NCBI RefSeq assembly: GCF_009914755.1
Contig: NC_060926.1
DNA from: the human T2T-CHM13v2.0 reference genome, Homo sapiens
DNA length: 64,000 nucleotides
Strand: one strand, 5' to 3'
A program made the position numbers and the translations under genes. The notes under the pieces were generated by a model. The model was not told where the DNA came from and did no database searches. It was given only the letters and a program-made list of their open reading frames with translations. Below, piece by piece: positions 47,576-60,315 of this stretch (position 1 is the stretch's first letter; each line of letters begins with the position of its first letter).

Positions 47576-49353
47576 CTTTAGTTTTTTCTTGATGCCTCTG
47601 CATGGCAGTCATTTCTCCTCTCTTTGAATTTTTCATAACACTTTGTTTTGCTTTTCTTGTTTTAATTATTCATCTTGTGTTATAGGTATTTATGAAAAGT
47701 CATCATACATTTTACTAGATAGCAACCTCTATAAGCAAGAGATGATGTCTTAGTCATTAGTGTATTATCTGTAGTAACCTCTCAGAACCTTACACACAAT
47801 AGGTTTTGAAAATTTGGAAACCCAATAAATAAAATATTATTTTTCTTCTAGGTCAAACCCAACTGAGGAAAACATATTGAAGTCAGATTTATAGAGAAAT
47901 ATCAGCTTTATTATTGATAAAAAAAGACTCAGTTGGAAAATGTGATTAAATGACTTGATATTGTAACTCTAAAATAGTAGGCTTATCATCCACCCTGTCA
48001 CGGAAGAGCTAGACAGGCCAAAGTCTTCCCCAAGGACCAGGCCTGACTGCCTAGTGGAGACCCAGACCAGAATGTACCTGATCGGCACAATGACAGATCC
48101 ACTGACCACACAGCCCAGTTCCTTCTCCCAAACCCACCAATCAAATAAGTCACCCCTCTTCCAGAAGAGAAGTGAGTGACAGGGAAGAGAGATCTGAGGT
48201 ATTGGTCCAGCTGAAGTCCCTCCATATAGAAACATGAGGATTGGCCTTGATGAAGATGGTGAAAGCTGAAAGGACAGCCTATCTTCAACTAACACCCAAC
48301 CAGATTTATGGAACAAGGAATAGATAAAAAGTGATTTAATCTAGAGATGTACATTAATATAATAATGCTGAGAGTGACGGTGGCAACATAATTTTACAGT
48401 GAGTTAGGGCATCTTTCTAAGCCTTTTCATTGTATTAACTCAATTATCACACCTATAAAGACGAAACATGTACTATATTATTATATCTTCACTTTACAGC
48501 AAAATAAACTTTGATAAAGACTTTAAAATTTATCCAAGTTCACACAGCTAGTAAGTGTGAATTCAAAAACAGTCTTCCTCTAGAACCATTGTAAGCTGAA
48601 AAATATTAATGACCCTTTTCAAATGTCTGTGCTGTATAAACCTCCCCAGCCCACACACCTCTTACCTGCCCCCAGCAATTTCAATAACTCAAGGTTTCTC
48701 TTTGTCATAAATAGGTTATTATTGCTTTGACAGTTTTCAGATTAAGAATGTCTGTTATTGTGCGGTCAAACCTTAGACAGTTGCATCATTAATGAAAACC
48801 CCAGATTGCTTTCCAGAATCTAGATAGCCTTCTGCAAGTAACAAATAGTATCCTCCAGTTCTATTTTTCATTGACTGTTTTTCCATCATAAAATGTGTAT
48901 TTATTTTAAGTGATAAAATTCTCTTGTCTACAGATGCCTCGCTCATTCCCCAACCCATGTAGTGTTGGTTTTATTTTCTAAAAAGTTCAGTTTACTACTA
49001 AGACACTTTGCTTAGCTAAGAAAACATGGTAGAGGCTGTGTGGAATGAAGGTATTAACACAGGAATTTTAAAAATCCCTTGATGATTAAATTCAGGCCTG
49101 GAAGACTGAAATGATTGTCTCTTGGGACACACTGAGTCAGCACTAATCAAAAGCGATGTATTATGAAAAGAAATAGGTACATGCGATAGTCAGTTACTGA
49201 GGGCGGTTGCTAAGTACGTTAGCTACTACCAGTACAAAGCTCCAGAAATTCACCCTCACACATGTCTAACATGAGATAATAAATCCCCCCAGCACTGGTG
49301 CAAGTTGACGATATGTGATTACATGCACTTTAGAAATCCCAGAGTACCCTGAC

Positions 49354-49390
49354 TAGGGTAGGGTAGGGTAGGGTGGGGTAGAGTAGGGGA
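49354..49390 (+). repeat. (TAGGG)n G-rich tract
   Basis: TAGGGTAGGGTAGGGTAGGGTGGGGTAGAGTAGGGG. Confidence 0.9.
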
Positions 49391-50041
49391 AGCAGGATAG
49401 GGTGGGGAGAGCAACACACACAGACATTTTTATAGTGCCACAGTCATTCAGTTGCATTTTGATAGCTACTTTAATGAAAAGTTTAAATTATCTTTGGAAT
49501 TTGGATAAAATCGGGGCAGAATCCAATATGCCTTGCTACACTTTAAGAGCCCCTCCTCAGCCACAGCCAGGGCCTTGGACACCCCATAAAAAGTTAGGAA
49601 TTTTACTTGGCTGCTCAGGGAATGTCTCCTGGTCTGCCCCCAACCCTTCATCCCTTGTTCCATTCACTTTATTTTGGCAAATCCCGTGTCATTATTATTC
49701 ATGCATATTTATTGAACAAGGGACCTACATAAAATAATTATAGTTTCTACCTTCATTAAAGCTGTAGTCTTAAAAAGAAAGAGAATACATTTTTCTTTAT
49801 AACGCACTTATATAGTGCTTAGTGCATGGTAATTGTTATATAGATATTAGTAATAATAATAATAATAATGTTTCCTATTTTACTTGCCGGTTCAGCCTCT
49901 CTGCTTATTTCTCTTAAACTCATGCCTGGGTTGGACCCTGGTTTTTGCCCCTTGGCACTTTCTTGTATCCCCCAAATTCCATGTTTTTCAGACAGCTGGC
50001 CAATTTTCGTCGTTCTGTCTCTCTGTGTTCTCTCTCCCTGT

Positions 50042-50044
<3 letters not shown>

Positions 50045-50084
<40 letters not shown>
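50045..50084. repeat. (AC)20 microsatellite
   Basis: Direct read. Confidence 0.97.
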
Positions 50085-50086
<2 letters not shown>

Positions 50087-50169
50087 GCCTTCAGGATCAG
50101 AGCTCAGGTTCAGTGCCTCAGATTTAAATAGATACTTCTCAACATTTAAATTGGTGAGTTCACAAGAGG

Positions 50170-51330
50170 GATAAAAGACTTCAATGCAACCCCCAACACT
50201 GTAGAAACCCTAGAAGACAACCTAGGCAACACCATTTTGGACATAGGTCCTGGCACAGATTTCATGACAAAGACACCAAAAGCAATTGAAACAAGAGCAA
50301 AACTTGACAAATAGAATCTAATTAAACTTAAGAGCTTCTGCACAGCAAAAAAAACTACCAATAGAGTAAGCAGACAATCTACAGAATGGGAGAAAATGTG
50401 TGCAAACTATGCATCTGACATAGGTCTAATATCAAGCATCTATAAGGAACTTAGACAAATTTACAAGCAAAAAATAAACAACCCCATTAAAAAGTGGGCA
50501 AAGGACATGAACAGACATTTCTCAAAAGAATACATACATGCAACCAACAAGCATATGAAAAAAAAAAGCTCAACATCACTGATCACTAGAGAAACGCAAA
50601 TCAAAGCCACAATGAGGTACCATCTCACACCAGTGGGAAGGGCTTTTATTTAAAAGTCAAAAAATAACAGATGCTGGCAAGGTTTTGGAGAAAAGGGAAC
50701 ACTTATACACTGCCAGTGGGAGTATAAGTTAGTTCAATCATTGTGGAAGACTGTGGTGATTCCTCAAAGACCTAAAGACAGAAATGCCCTTTGACCCAGA
50801 AATCCCATTACTAGGTATACACCCACAGGTATATAAATCATTCTACCATAAAGATACATGCACGTGAATGTTCATTGCAACACTATTCACAATAGCCAAG
50901 ACATATAATCAACCTAAATGCCCATCAATGACAGATAGGATAAGGAAAATGTGGTACATATACACCATGGAATCCTATGCAGCCACAAAAAAGAATGAGA
51001 TCATGTCTTTTGCAGGAACGTAGATGGAACTGGAGGCCATTATCCTCAGCAAAATAATGGAGGAACAGAAACCTAAATACCACATGTTCTCACTTACAAG
51101 TGGGAGCTAAATGATGAGAACACATGGACACAAGGAGGGGAACAACAGACACTGTTGGGGGGTGCTCCTTGAAGGAAGGAGAGTATCAGAAAAAAAAAAA
51201 ACTATCGGGTACTGGGCTTAGTACCTGGGTGACAAAATAATCTGTACAGCAAACCCCATAACACAAGTTTACCTATGTAACAAACCTACATATATACCCC
51301 TGAACTTAAAATAAAAGTTTAAAAAATAAA
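50170..51330 (+). mobile_element. 5'-truncated L1PA13-16-like element
   Basis: ORF2 C-terminus ([18 protein letters not shown]...MRYHLTPV), 3'UTR and AATAAA/A-rich end. Confidence 0.92.
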
Positions 51331-53517
51331 TTTAATGGAATTTTGTTTTTGTAACACAGATTAATTTCATAAAGATTAGGTAATGATCTATCACCATAGA
51401 ATGTTTTAGGTTTGTAAAATCATGCTATTGATTTGAACTATTCATTTTTGTATAATTTTTAAAGGTAGATAAATCACCACTAGCGTAATTGACAGATTTT
51501 CCCCTTGTATATGATTTTATTCCTATGTTCAAAGATTTTGTTTACAAGCTAAAATAAAACATTTAAACTTAAAAAATAAAAATGAAAGAAAAAAATATTT
51601 TCCTGTTCTGAAAATATTGTCTGTGTTCAAAAGTGTAATAGCATAGGCCTATCTGCTAAAAACACACTGGTAAACAGTCAAACTTAATTACTTGAAATTT
51701 GGTTTCCATGTAAAATGTCAGTGTTGAATGAGCAATTGCTCTGTTGAGGGATTATATACATGTTTCCAGTCAGCAGGATGTTGTTCAAAATATGTTTCTA
51801 AAGAACATGAGTTATGATGATTTCACACTTGCCAAAAAGAATTATAATTCCTGTTTGAAAGCTACTGGAAGCTCAAATGTTTCTGACTGTGTCAGATCTG
51901 ACTGGAAACAGAGCCCTTAAGTGAATGAATCATTGAACAAAATCACTTATTCATACTGACATTTCATGAGGAACCCAGCTAGACCCTTGCCTTACAGCAG
52001 CTTGCAGTATAATGAGGCACTAGGACAAATGTATATATAAAGATGAACGCTAAAAATCAGTCTGGGTTATGTACAAAATAAGTAGCATAGCCCAGTACTG
52101 CAGAGATATCTAAACTGGAGTGTGGAACAATTACTAGCACCGTTTTACCCATAAGGGAATTTCACACCTAATGGCAAAGCAAGGGTATGTTTTCTCAAGA
52201 TTCCCACTGTGTAATGTAGCAGCATTTCAGTGATGCCTGCAATGCATGGCAAGATAAAATAATGGGAAGTGCAGTAAACTTATCCAATATCTGCGTACAA
52301 CTTATGCGTGGGAATTAACTCCCTATGCACTCTCAGTCTATGCAGCTAATTTCCTAGGCAGCTAATTCCACTTCTAGCTCTGAAGCATATTATGTGATAC
52401 AGACATGGCCAAACAGAGTATCATTTTATACGGTGCTCATTACTAACTCACAAGCAGGTCAATCATAGTAACGAGACTCACACTGTTAGAGGCATCAAGG
52501 TAGCAGACTCCTTTCCTGCTGGACTCAAACCAGAAAGATTGTGAATATGAGGCTTTTGCAGCTCTCTCATCACCACAAGGAGTCGTAGAATGAAGCCTGA
52601 GCATATCTCACATAGATGGTAATATGGAGATTAAAGTTGAGTCAAGAGATAGACAGAAGCCAAGCCCTTCCTGCTTCTGCATTTTTCAGTTACGTAAGCC
52701 AAGAAATTTCTTTCTTAAGCTTGTTTGTGTTTGAGGGGTTTTGTTTTTGTTTTTGTTTTTCTGTTTTGTTTTTGTCTCACATAACTTGTAAGTGTGGTAA
52801 ATTTTATCTTAGGCAAACAGAGGCTAACTCAGGAGCTAGACGTTAAGGAATTTCCCTTTCTCTCCAATCATTGAGTCAATGCTCTTTCTTCTCAAGAACC
52901 CATGAGTCAGGTGCCTGCAGCCTCACTGGCAAAAAAGATCAGTGTGCCTGCCTTAATGGAACTTATACTATTAAAGTATATATTATACAAAGGAGTGTTG
53001 ATTTACAATTGAGACAAGTGTTTCAAAAGAGAGACTGATGGTCCTATCTATAAGGACCTGAGAGAGAAGAAGTAGCCCAGTGAGGGAGGCCAGGGCAGCT
53101 TTCCTTTAAGGGTAGACCTGCAGGAGTTTAGACATTTCCTAGATGAGGAGGGGCCCTGTGAGAGAAGAGGACACAGCAAAGTCGAGGTTCTAGAGAAGGA
53201 CAGTGTGGCTATGACACAGGCATCAAGGTTTGTAGGATCGTGTAGGACATCAAAAACTATGTTTAGGATTTCAACATTTTAAGAATGAAATGGAATTAAT
53301 TTGATTTCTGTTTTAAAGAAATAGGTCTCATTTATGTCCCTGTTTCTGATCTTACTGTAACACCCCTGAAGCAAGGCATATGTTTGTTTCAACTAAGATT
53401 ATCCAGTTCTTCATTCTATATTTGATGTAATATATATATCATATAAAATTCTGATATATTCTACATTCTATAATATATCTGATATATATATTCTATAATA
53501 TATATATGAAACATATA

Positions 53518-53707
53518 TCTTTTTCTCCTTCCTTCTTTCTTTTCTCCTTCCTTCCTTCCTTTCTTCCTTCCTTCCATTCCTTCCTCCCTCCCTCTATTCC
53601 TTCTTCCCTCCCTTTCTCCCTCCGTCTCCCCCACTGCCTCCCTCCCTCCTTCCTTCCTCTCTTTCTCCCTCCCTCCCTCTGCCCCACCCTTTTCTTTCTT
53701 TCTTTCT
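53518..53707. repeat. Polypyrimidine (CCTT/CCCT)n tract
   Basis: ~190 bp, almost purely C and T. Confidence 0.95.
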
Positions 53708-53723
53708 GTTAAATTATTTTGCA

Positions 53724-53725
<2 letters not shown>

Positions 53726-53774
<49 letters not shown>

Positions 53775-53783
53775 CATATATAT
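53726..53783. repeat. (AT)~22 microsatellite with a degenerate tail
   Basis: Direct read. Confidence 0.97.
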
Positions 53784-55655
53784 CTTGGTTCCATCTCAAG
53801 AAACCACTTTCTTTACTCATTCATAAGAAGCAACTCCTCATCCATTCAAGTTTTATCATGAGATTGTAGTATTTCAGTCATATCTTCAGGCTTCACTTCA
53901 AATTTCTTCTATTTTTACCACATCTGCAGTTACTTCCTCTACTGAAGTCTTGAACCCCTCAAAGTCATACATGAAGGATAGAATCAACTTCTTCCAAAAT
54001 GCTGTTAATGTTGATATCTTGCTCTCCTCCCATGAATCATAAATGTTCTTAATGGCATCTAGAATGGTGACTCCTTTCCAGAAGGTTTTCAATTTACTTT
54101 ACCCAGATCTATTAGAGGAATCACTACTTATGGCAGCTATAGCCTTACAAAATGTATTTCTTAAATAATAAGACTTGAAAGTAAAAATTACTCCTTGATC
54201 CATGGGTTACAGAATGTATGTTGTGTCAGCAGGCATGAAAATAACATTCATCTCCTTGTACATCTCCATCAGAGCCCTTGGATAACTGATCGCATTGTCA
54301 CTGAGCAGTAATCTTTTGAAAGATACCCTTTCTGAGCAGTATGTGTTAACAATAGGCTTTAAATATTCGGTAAACCATGCCATAAACAGATGTGCTGTCA
54401 TCCAGGCTTTGTTCTTCCATTTACAGAACACAGGCAGAGTAGATTTAACATAATTTTTATGGGCCTTGGGATTTTTGATATAGTAAATGAGCATTAGCTT
54501 CAACTTGAAGTCACTAGCTGCAATCACACCTACAAGACAGTCAGCCAGTTCTTTGAAGCCAGTAATTAATTTCTTCTCTTTAGATAATAGCTATAATAAT
54601 AATAAGTCCTAGATGACATAATAAGTCCCAGATGGCATCTTCTTCCAATATAAGGCTGTTTCTTCTACATGGAAAATCTGTTGTTTAGTGTGGCCACCTT
54701 CCTCAATCATCTTAGCTAGATCTTCTGGATAACTTGCCATAGCTTCTACATCAGCACTCGTTGCTTCACCTTGCACTTTATGTTATGGAGATGGCTTCTT
54801 TCCTTAAACCTCATGAACCAACCTGTGCTAGCTTCAAATTTTCTTCTGCAGTTTCCTCACTTCTCTCAGCCTTCATATAATTGAAGAGAGTTGGTACCTT
54901 CTTCTGTATTAGACTTGGTTTAAGGAAATAGTATGGCTGTTTGGTCTTCCATCCAGACGATGAAAACTTTCTCAATATCAGCAATAAGGCTGTTTCACTT
55001 TATCATTTATGTGTTCACTGGAGTAGCACTTCTTATTTTCTCCAATAACGTTTCCTTTGCATTCACAACTTGGCTAACTGTTCAGCAAGAGTCCTAGTTT
55101 TCGGCCTGTCTCAGCTTTTGTCATGCCTCCCTCACTAAGCTTAATCATGTCTACCTTTTGATTTAAAGTGAAAGACATGGGACTCTACCTTTCACTTGAA
55201 CGCTTGAAGGCCACTGTAGGGTTATTAATTGGCCTGATTTCAATATTGTTGTGTCTCAGGAAATAGGGAGGCCCTAGCAGAGGGAAAGAGGTGGGGAAAT
55301 GGCCAGTTGGTGGAGTAGTCAGAACACACACAGTGTTATATGGTCAGGGTTCTTAGTCCCTCTAAACATTTATGATAGTACCATCAAAGATCACTTATAT
55401 GGGCAGGGTTCTTAGTGCCTCTAAACAATCATGATAGTAGCATCAAAGATCACTGATCACAGATCATCATAACTGATATAATAATAATGGAAAGGTTTGA
55501 AATTTTGCAAGAATATTGCAAAATGAACAAATGCTGTTGGAAAAGTAGCACTGATAGACTTGCTGGATGCAGGGTTGCCACAAACCTTAAATTTGTAAAA
55601 AATGCAATATATGTGAAGTGCAATAAATGAAGCCCAATAAGATGAGATATTCCTA
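53783..55655 (-). mobile_element. Tigger1 DNA transposon (decayed transposase, 3' end missing)
   Basis: Minus-strand ORFs DFKLKLMLIYY..NPKA.KNY.KSTLPV..KWKNKAWMTAHLF and [15 protein letters not shown] are pogo-family DDE; 5' terminus near 55655. Confidence 0.92.
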
Positions 55656-57410
55656 TATAACATCAGGTATTCTCCCTAAGAATTCATGTGGTGTGTTTTA
55701 TTTACTTGGATAAATTTTGCTTGGGTGTCTTAGGTACCTGAAGTTCCTGGACTTCCAGGTATCTAACTCTAGGCATCATCCTTTGCAGGGAGCTTTCACT
55801 GTTGTCATATTTTGGAAGTCCATATCCCACTTTTCCTACTTATTCAAAACTACTTCTCAGGGGCTATCCCCATTTCACACTCTACTTTGCCTTGTTTCCA
55901 GATGAAATTCCTTTAGTACTTAAGCTGCGTGTCCTATTAGGCCATCATTTATACTTCATACTTTGAAAGCTTCTTCCTCTACTCCCTAAGTATGACTCAG
56001 CTTTGATTCTGGGCTTTGGATAACTGGCCTTCATTAGACAAAGTTTGCAGTATCCAACTTTAGCTTCTGATATCTGTCCCTTTATTCTGGAAACTAAAAA
56101 CTGGCCCTAATTAGCAATGAATCTTACTAGTTTTTTACTAACTCTCCTCCATCTCTTAGTGATTAGTTTTGCTTATTCTCAATTTGTCACCTTTACAAGG
56201 TGAGGCATACTGGTAGATCCTAACCCTCCAGGTCTCTCCAGTTTGCTAAGAGCCAACCATGACAACCAGAATTCCTGTTACATCTAGTAGAGAGATCATT
56301 GCCAAGTTAATTTGGTGAGTCGTAGCAGACCCAACAAATTGTTGATCTAATAAAATATTAAGAGCTGTGTCAGAGATGAGTTCCAAGAGAACCCTAACAA
56401 TACCAGTGATAGCATCCAGACAATAAAGACTGACATTTATTATGCAGTTAATTATGTACTTGACATTTCCCTAAGCATGTAAATCTCTATCTTATTTAAC
56501 CTTACCAAAACTATGTGTGGTACATGCCATCATATTCTGTATTTCATATATGCAGAGATAAGAAAATGGTTCTGGGGGTGTGGTGGCCTAAACTAATAAA
56601 GAACCCTTCCTACCATTACTTAGAACTGTTAAACAAGATAAAATAAATTATATTGTAAATACCAAGGTGAGCTTGCAAAAAGGAATGGGAAACTTCTGGG
56701 CATTAAGAAGAAATAGGCCTTAACATTTAGGGATTTGGACTTTAAAACTCAAAAGAAACAAGAGACAAGTTAAAGATTTGAAACTGAGACCTGTATATAA
56801 ACCAAGTCTCACAAAGGTCCCCACCATCAGTGAAAGGAGAACTAGAAAAAGTCTGCATATAGGTCCCCAGAAGGGAGCAAGGAAACATCTCTGCCTGAAC
56901 TATTGAGTTGTGGAGCAGTGATTATCAGGGATGCCTGGTAGAAACAAATGAAAGAGCATTCTGAAAATCACTTCTATAAATAAGGCAACAAGAATTTCTT
57001 CTAAGAGAAGCAAAACCCTGATGAATTCTAAGACACACAAGGAAATAATGTGTCATAAGCAAGAGCCAGCAGATACTGTAACTGGGGGAAATTAGTACAT
57101 CCAAGAATGTAGAAAACAGAATAATATGAAATAAGTTATTAAATAAATATTTTGAAAATATGTAAACACATGAATGAAGGAAGAGAAACATATGGAACAT
57201 AATTACAATGAAAAAAGAGCAGGTGGATTTTAAAAAGGACCAGATAGAACAACCAAAAAAGAAAACCATAATCACTGAAAGGTTGAGTAACTTGCTTGAG
57301 GTCATTCAACTAGAAAGTGACAGAACTAGAGCTCTAAACTCAGCTTTGTCAGTCACATGCTGTATTTTCTGAACATCAAGACACACTAGCTTCCTACTGA
57401 TCAAAATCTA

Positions 57411-57693
57411 GGCTGGGGGTAGTGGCTCACGCCTGTAATCCCACCACTTTGGGAGGCTGAGGTGGGAGACTACTCGAGCCCAGGATTTCAAGACCAGTCT
57501 GGGCAACATGGATCTCATCTCTACAAAACTTTAAAAAAATTAACCAGGCTTGGTGGCACATACCTGTGGTCCCAGCTACTCCAGAGGCTGAGGTGGGAGG
57601 AATGCTTGAGCCAGGAGGTCAAAGCTGCAGTGAGCTGTATTTGTACCACTGCACTCCAGCCTGGGCAACAGAGTGAGACCCTGTCTCAAAAAA

Positions 57694-57738
<45 letters not shown>

Positions 57739-57739
57739 A
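57411..57739 (+). mobile_element. AluJ with (TAAA)n tail
   Basis: Dimeric Alu. Confidence 0.92.
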
Positions 57740-59991
57740 ACCTGAACTAATGAATTCCATAGGAAAACGTCACCCTTTTGATGTGGTGAAGTCTCTTTGG
57801 AGGGAGCATATCACTAAAAATCACATGTTGAGGTAAAATAAAATCCTTGCTTTTCTATGGGAAATTAACAAGTTATAACCAAAAACGTGTTGAAATTGGT
57901 AAGGTCAACAGAAAGATTTTTTGTGAATTATTAAGTGAACAGATCCATCAGTGGCTGTGACAATGAATGACACATGTCTTGTTTTTCAATTAAACTTCTG
58001 ATCTATTTGTCATTTGTTTTGTATGGTTATTTGCATGACTGGAGTAGGAGTCTGGGTTGGAGATGGAACATTGAGACATGGAGGTGATGTTTAAGAAGAG
58101 AACTGAAGGTATTTACTGCTTTAAAAAATGGGGATCCTGCTCCAGTTAGCTCTCTTCTTTTCCTCCCTAACTATTCTACCATTTCTGACAAACAGGCAAT
58201 TTATAGATGATTAGTGCAAACCAAACAATGATGGAGAATGAGAAAGCATTTGGTCAGGTTTATTGCTCTATGGTATTGTCAATAACCACATCACAGAAAC
58301 ACCATTACTTTGGACCAAATTCATGTCATGGAGCTAGATTTTTAATTTCAAACATTTTTATGAGGTTTGCTGTATTGGACATTTAGTAACTATATCATTT
58401 TCAAATAATATAGTTTCCAGTGCAAGGAACCACAAAGGTTGTTATTAATGACAAATTTGTTGTTTTGCCCTTCTCACAGATTAGCATTATTTTACAGGTA
58501 CTTATCTCTTCGTTCACAGAATCTCCATGCATTTAATTCTACATGTTGTTCTTCCCACACTTTTCATTATGTTCCCTTATGGGTCTTCCATAATGTATTC
58601 AAAATGTTACTGAACACATAGAATAATAAAATGTGGGAATTATGTGGTTGATGCCGGGTAGTAAGATGTGATCAAATGAGTGTGCTGTATCTCTAAGTGT
58701 TTCCTAGTCAGGGCAGATTGTGTCTCCTCTCCTCCAAATATGATACAGCACTCAAAGAGGTCATTATTAAAACTGAATTATCTCAGTGCTGTGTGTGGAA
58801 ACTTAGATTTTGAAAAAAGATAACTGAATTGTGACATGTGCAGATTAAAGACCCCTAGGGCCTTGAATAAACATCAGTGGTAGCCAGGCAATAGTTACCA
58901 CAGCCCTTGGGCGAGACCCAGTACTGTGCTGGCTTCAGGTATGACCCAGCACAGACACAGCAGTGATGGCCACAGGAATGATTGTGTTACCCCTCCCCCG
59001 ACTCCAGGAAGTTCAGCCCAGAGAGACTGTTTATTTAGGGGAAAGTAAGGGAAGTGAACAAGGGTCTCTGCCTGGTAATTAAGAGAATTTTCATGGGTTT
59101 TACCCAAGACCACTAAGGCAATATTTTTGCAAGCTTACAAGAGTCAGGGTGTTACTAGCTTTGGGGTGTGTCCTAATGCACATACGGCTGCAGTGACTAA
59201 AGACTTACGTTACAACATTCAATTCTCTGTGAATACTTCAAAAGCCTTCACAAGAAAGACAGGAGCAAATAAGCCCAGACTGCGAAGATTAGAGTAAATA
59301 CCTAACTCTTCAATGCTCACACACTGAAGAACATCCACGAGCATCAAGACCATACAGGAAAACATGACCTCACCAAACAAACTAAACAAGGCACCAGTGA
59401 CAAACCCCAGAGAGCCAGAAATATGTGACCTTTCACAGAGAGAATTCAAAATAGGTGTTTTGAGGAAGCTCAGTGAAATTCAAGATAACACAGAGAAGGA
59501 ATTCAGAGTTCTAGCAGATAAATTTAACCAAGAGATTGGAATAACTTTAAAAAATGAAGCAGAAATTCTGAAGCTGAAAAATTCAGTTGACAAATAAGAA
59601 TGCATCAACTGTTGAGGTCAGTCTTTCAACAGTGGGATTGATCAAGCGGAAGAGAGAATTACTGAACTTGAAGACAGGCTATTTGAAAATACAGTCAGAG
59701 GAGACAATAGAATAAAGAATAAAAAAGAATGAAGCATGCCTAGAGGATCAAGAAAATAGCCTCTAAAGGGCAATCTAAGAGATATTAGCCTTAAAGAGGA
59801 GGTAGAGAGAAATTAGAGTAGAAAGTTTATTAAAAGAAATAATAACAGGGGGCATTCTGAACCTAGAGAAAGACATCAATATTCAAGTACCTGAAGGTTG
59901 TAGAACACCAAGCAGATTTAACCCACATAGGATTATCTCAAGAAATTTAATAATTATACTCTGAAAGATCAAGGATAAAGAAAGGATTTTA

Positions 59992-60315
<324 letters not shown>

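Noticed and set aside
53461-53820. Low-complexity ORFs (IYIY..., EGRKEG...)
   Set aside because: Translations of simple repeats
53898-54527. Domesticated TIGD1-like gene
   Set aside because: The transposase is split by stops and frameshifts, and the catalytic region is degenerate
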